Assembly: GCA_024626585.2 (NCBI GenBank)
Contig: JANKJI020000004.1
Span: 131,612,099-131,648,423 of the forward strand
DNA length: 36,325 bases
Source: Ginkgo biloba
Taxonomy: Eukaryota; Plantae; Ginkgophyta
Direction: 5' to 3'
Made by a program: the position numbers and the translations under genes. The notes beneath the pieces were generated by a model. That model searched no databases, was not told where the DNA came from, and saw only the letters and a program-made list of their open reading frames with translations. Shown in pieces: positions 35,501 through 36,325 of this stretch (position 1 is the stretch's first letter; each line of letters opens with the position of its first letter).

Positions 35501-36325
35501 GTCTCCTCTTTATTGGCAAGATGGGAAAACTTCTACATGGAAATGTATCTTCATTAAATTGTATGTTAAGGGAAGTAGCATTCACCTTTGTTAACCTTCT
35601 CTATTCCTTTAGCAATTTCTTGGGCTTTTCCTTCCATAGACTCAAGCTCTAAACTCCTTGCCATGTGAAGGGATGATTCTATTAATCTCCAACATTGCAG
35701 GTTGTTTTGTGATCTAGCTGAAAAGACCTATGTGTCTCTTAGGATTTGGGTAACTATATACACAGCCCTATGTGTTTCTATAAATACGTTTTTTAATTAT
35801 TTCATAAAAATGAGACTCCTTTTCAAATAATACATAATCATTCAAACCTACATCTCCTTTGAACCAGTCTGATTGCCAATCATACTCATTGTAGTACATA
35901 ACTGTTCGTTCATGCCCCCATAGTTGAATTCAAGTGTCTTTAGCATTTTTTGGGTTTTTCTTCCTCTTTATGTATTCTTACATTATCAAACAGTTCCCTG
36001 ATGTGGATGTGGATTCCTCTTTATTCATATTTGTCCACCATTGATTCATCTTTTTTCCTTCATCTCTAGTTTTGTGTGTTGTGTTGAATACTTGGACATT
36101 GTTTTAAGCAATATTGACATGTATGTGTAATTTTGCACCCCATTCCTTAGGGTTTTCCTTTGTCCTCCACAAAATTTAATCTAGTGGAAAATTGAAACAC
36201 AAAACATTGTTGGTAGAGTGACTTGGAATGCTAAATAAATAAATTTACTTATATTGGACTGGTTTGTCCTAGAATTGGCCTCTAAGTTCTTCTACAGATA
36301 ATAACAACTACCTTACAATGAAAAA

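Overview
AT-rich, repeat-dense land-plant nuclear DNA, probably from a large gymnosperm- or fern-type genome (inference). It comes from a fragmented assembly: contigs of about 1-3 kb joined by many gaps, most of exactly 100 N, so long-range adjacency is uncertain. The main gene is a minus-strand actin with the canonical plant four-coding-exon layout (13209-13150; gap..9325-8976; 8646-8033; 7303-gap). It encodes an intact but unusually divergent actin. Its apparent first intron holds two decayed actin fragments (exon-2-like and exon-3-like, same strand, colinear) and the 3' end of a chromovirus retrotransposon. Other host-gene pieces are a single exon of the lipid-A-pathway acyltransferase LpxD (19196-19255, minus) and a pseudogenised ubiquitin-activating enzyme E1 fragment fused to minisatellites (4491-4733). 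There is also a CpG-retaining candidate first exon at 30.5-30.8 kb. The rest is heavily C>T/G>A-eroded Ty3/gypsy and LINE remnants, LTR-like pieces and short tandem or cryptic repeats. All motif matches are by eye against recalled family consensus; no search was run. No prokaryotic-type system, CRISPR array or structural RNA gene could be supported.
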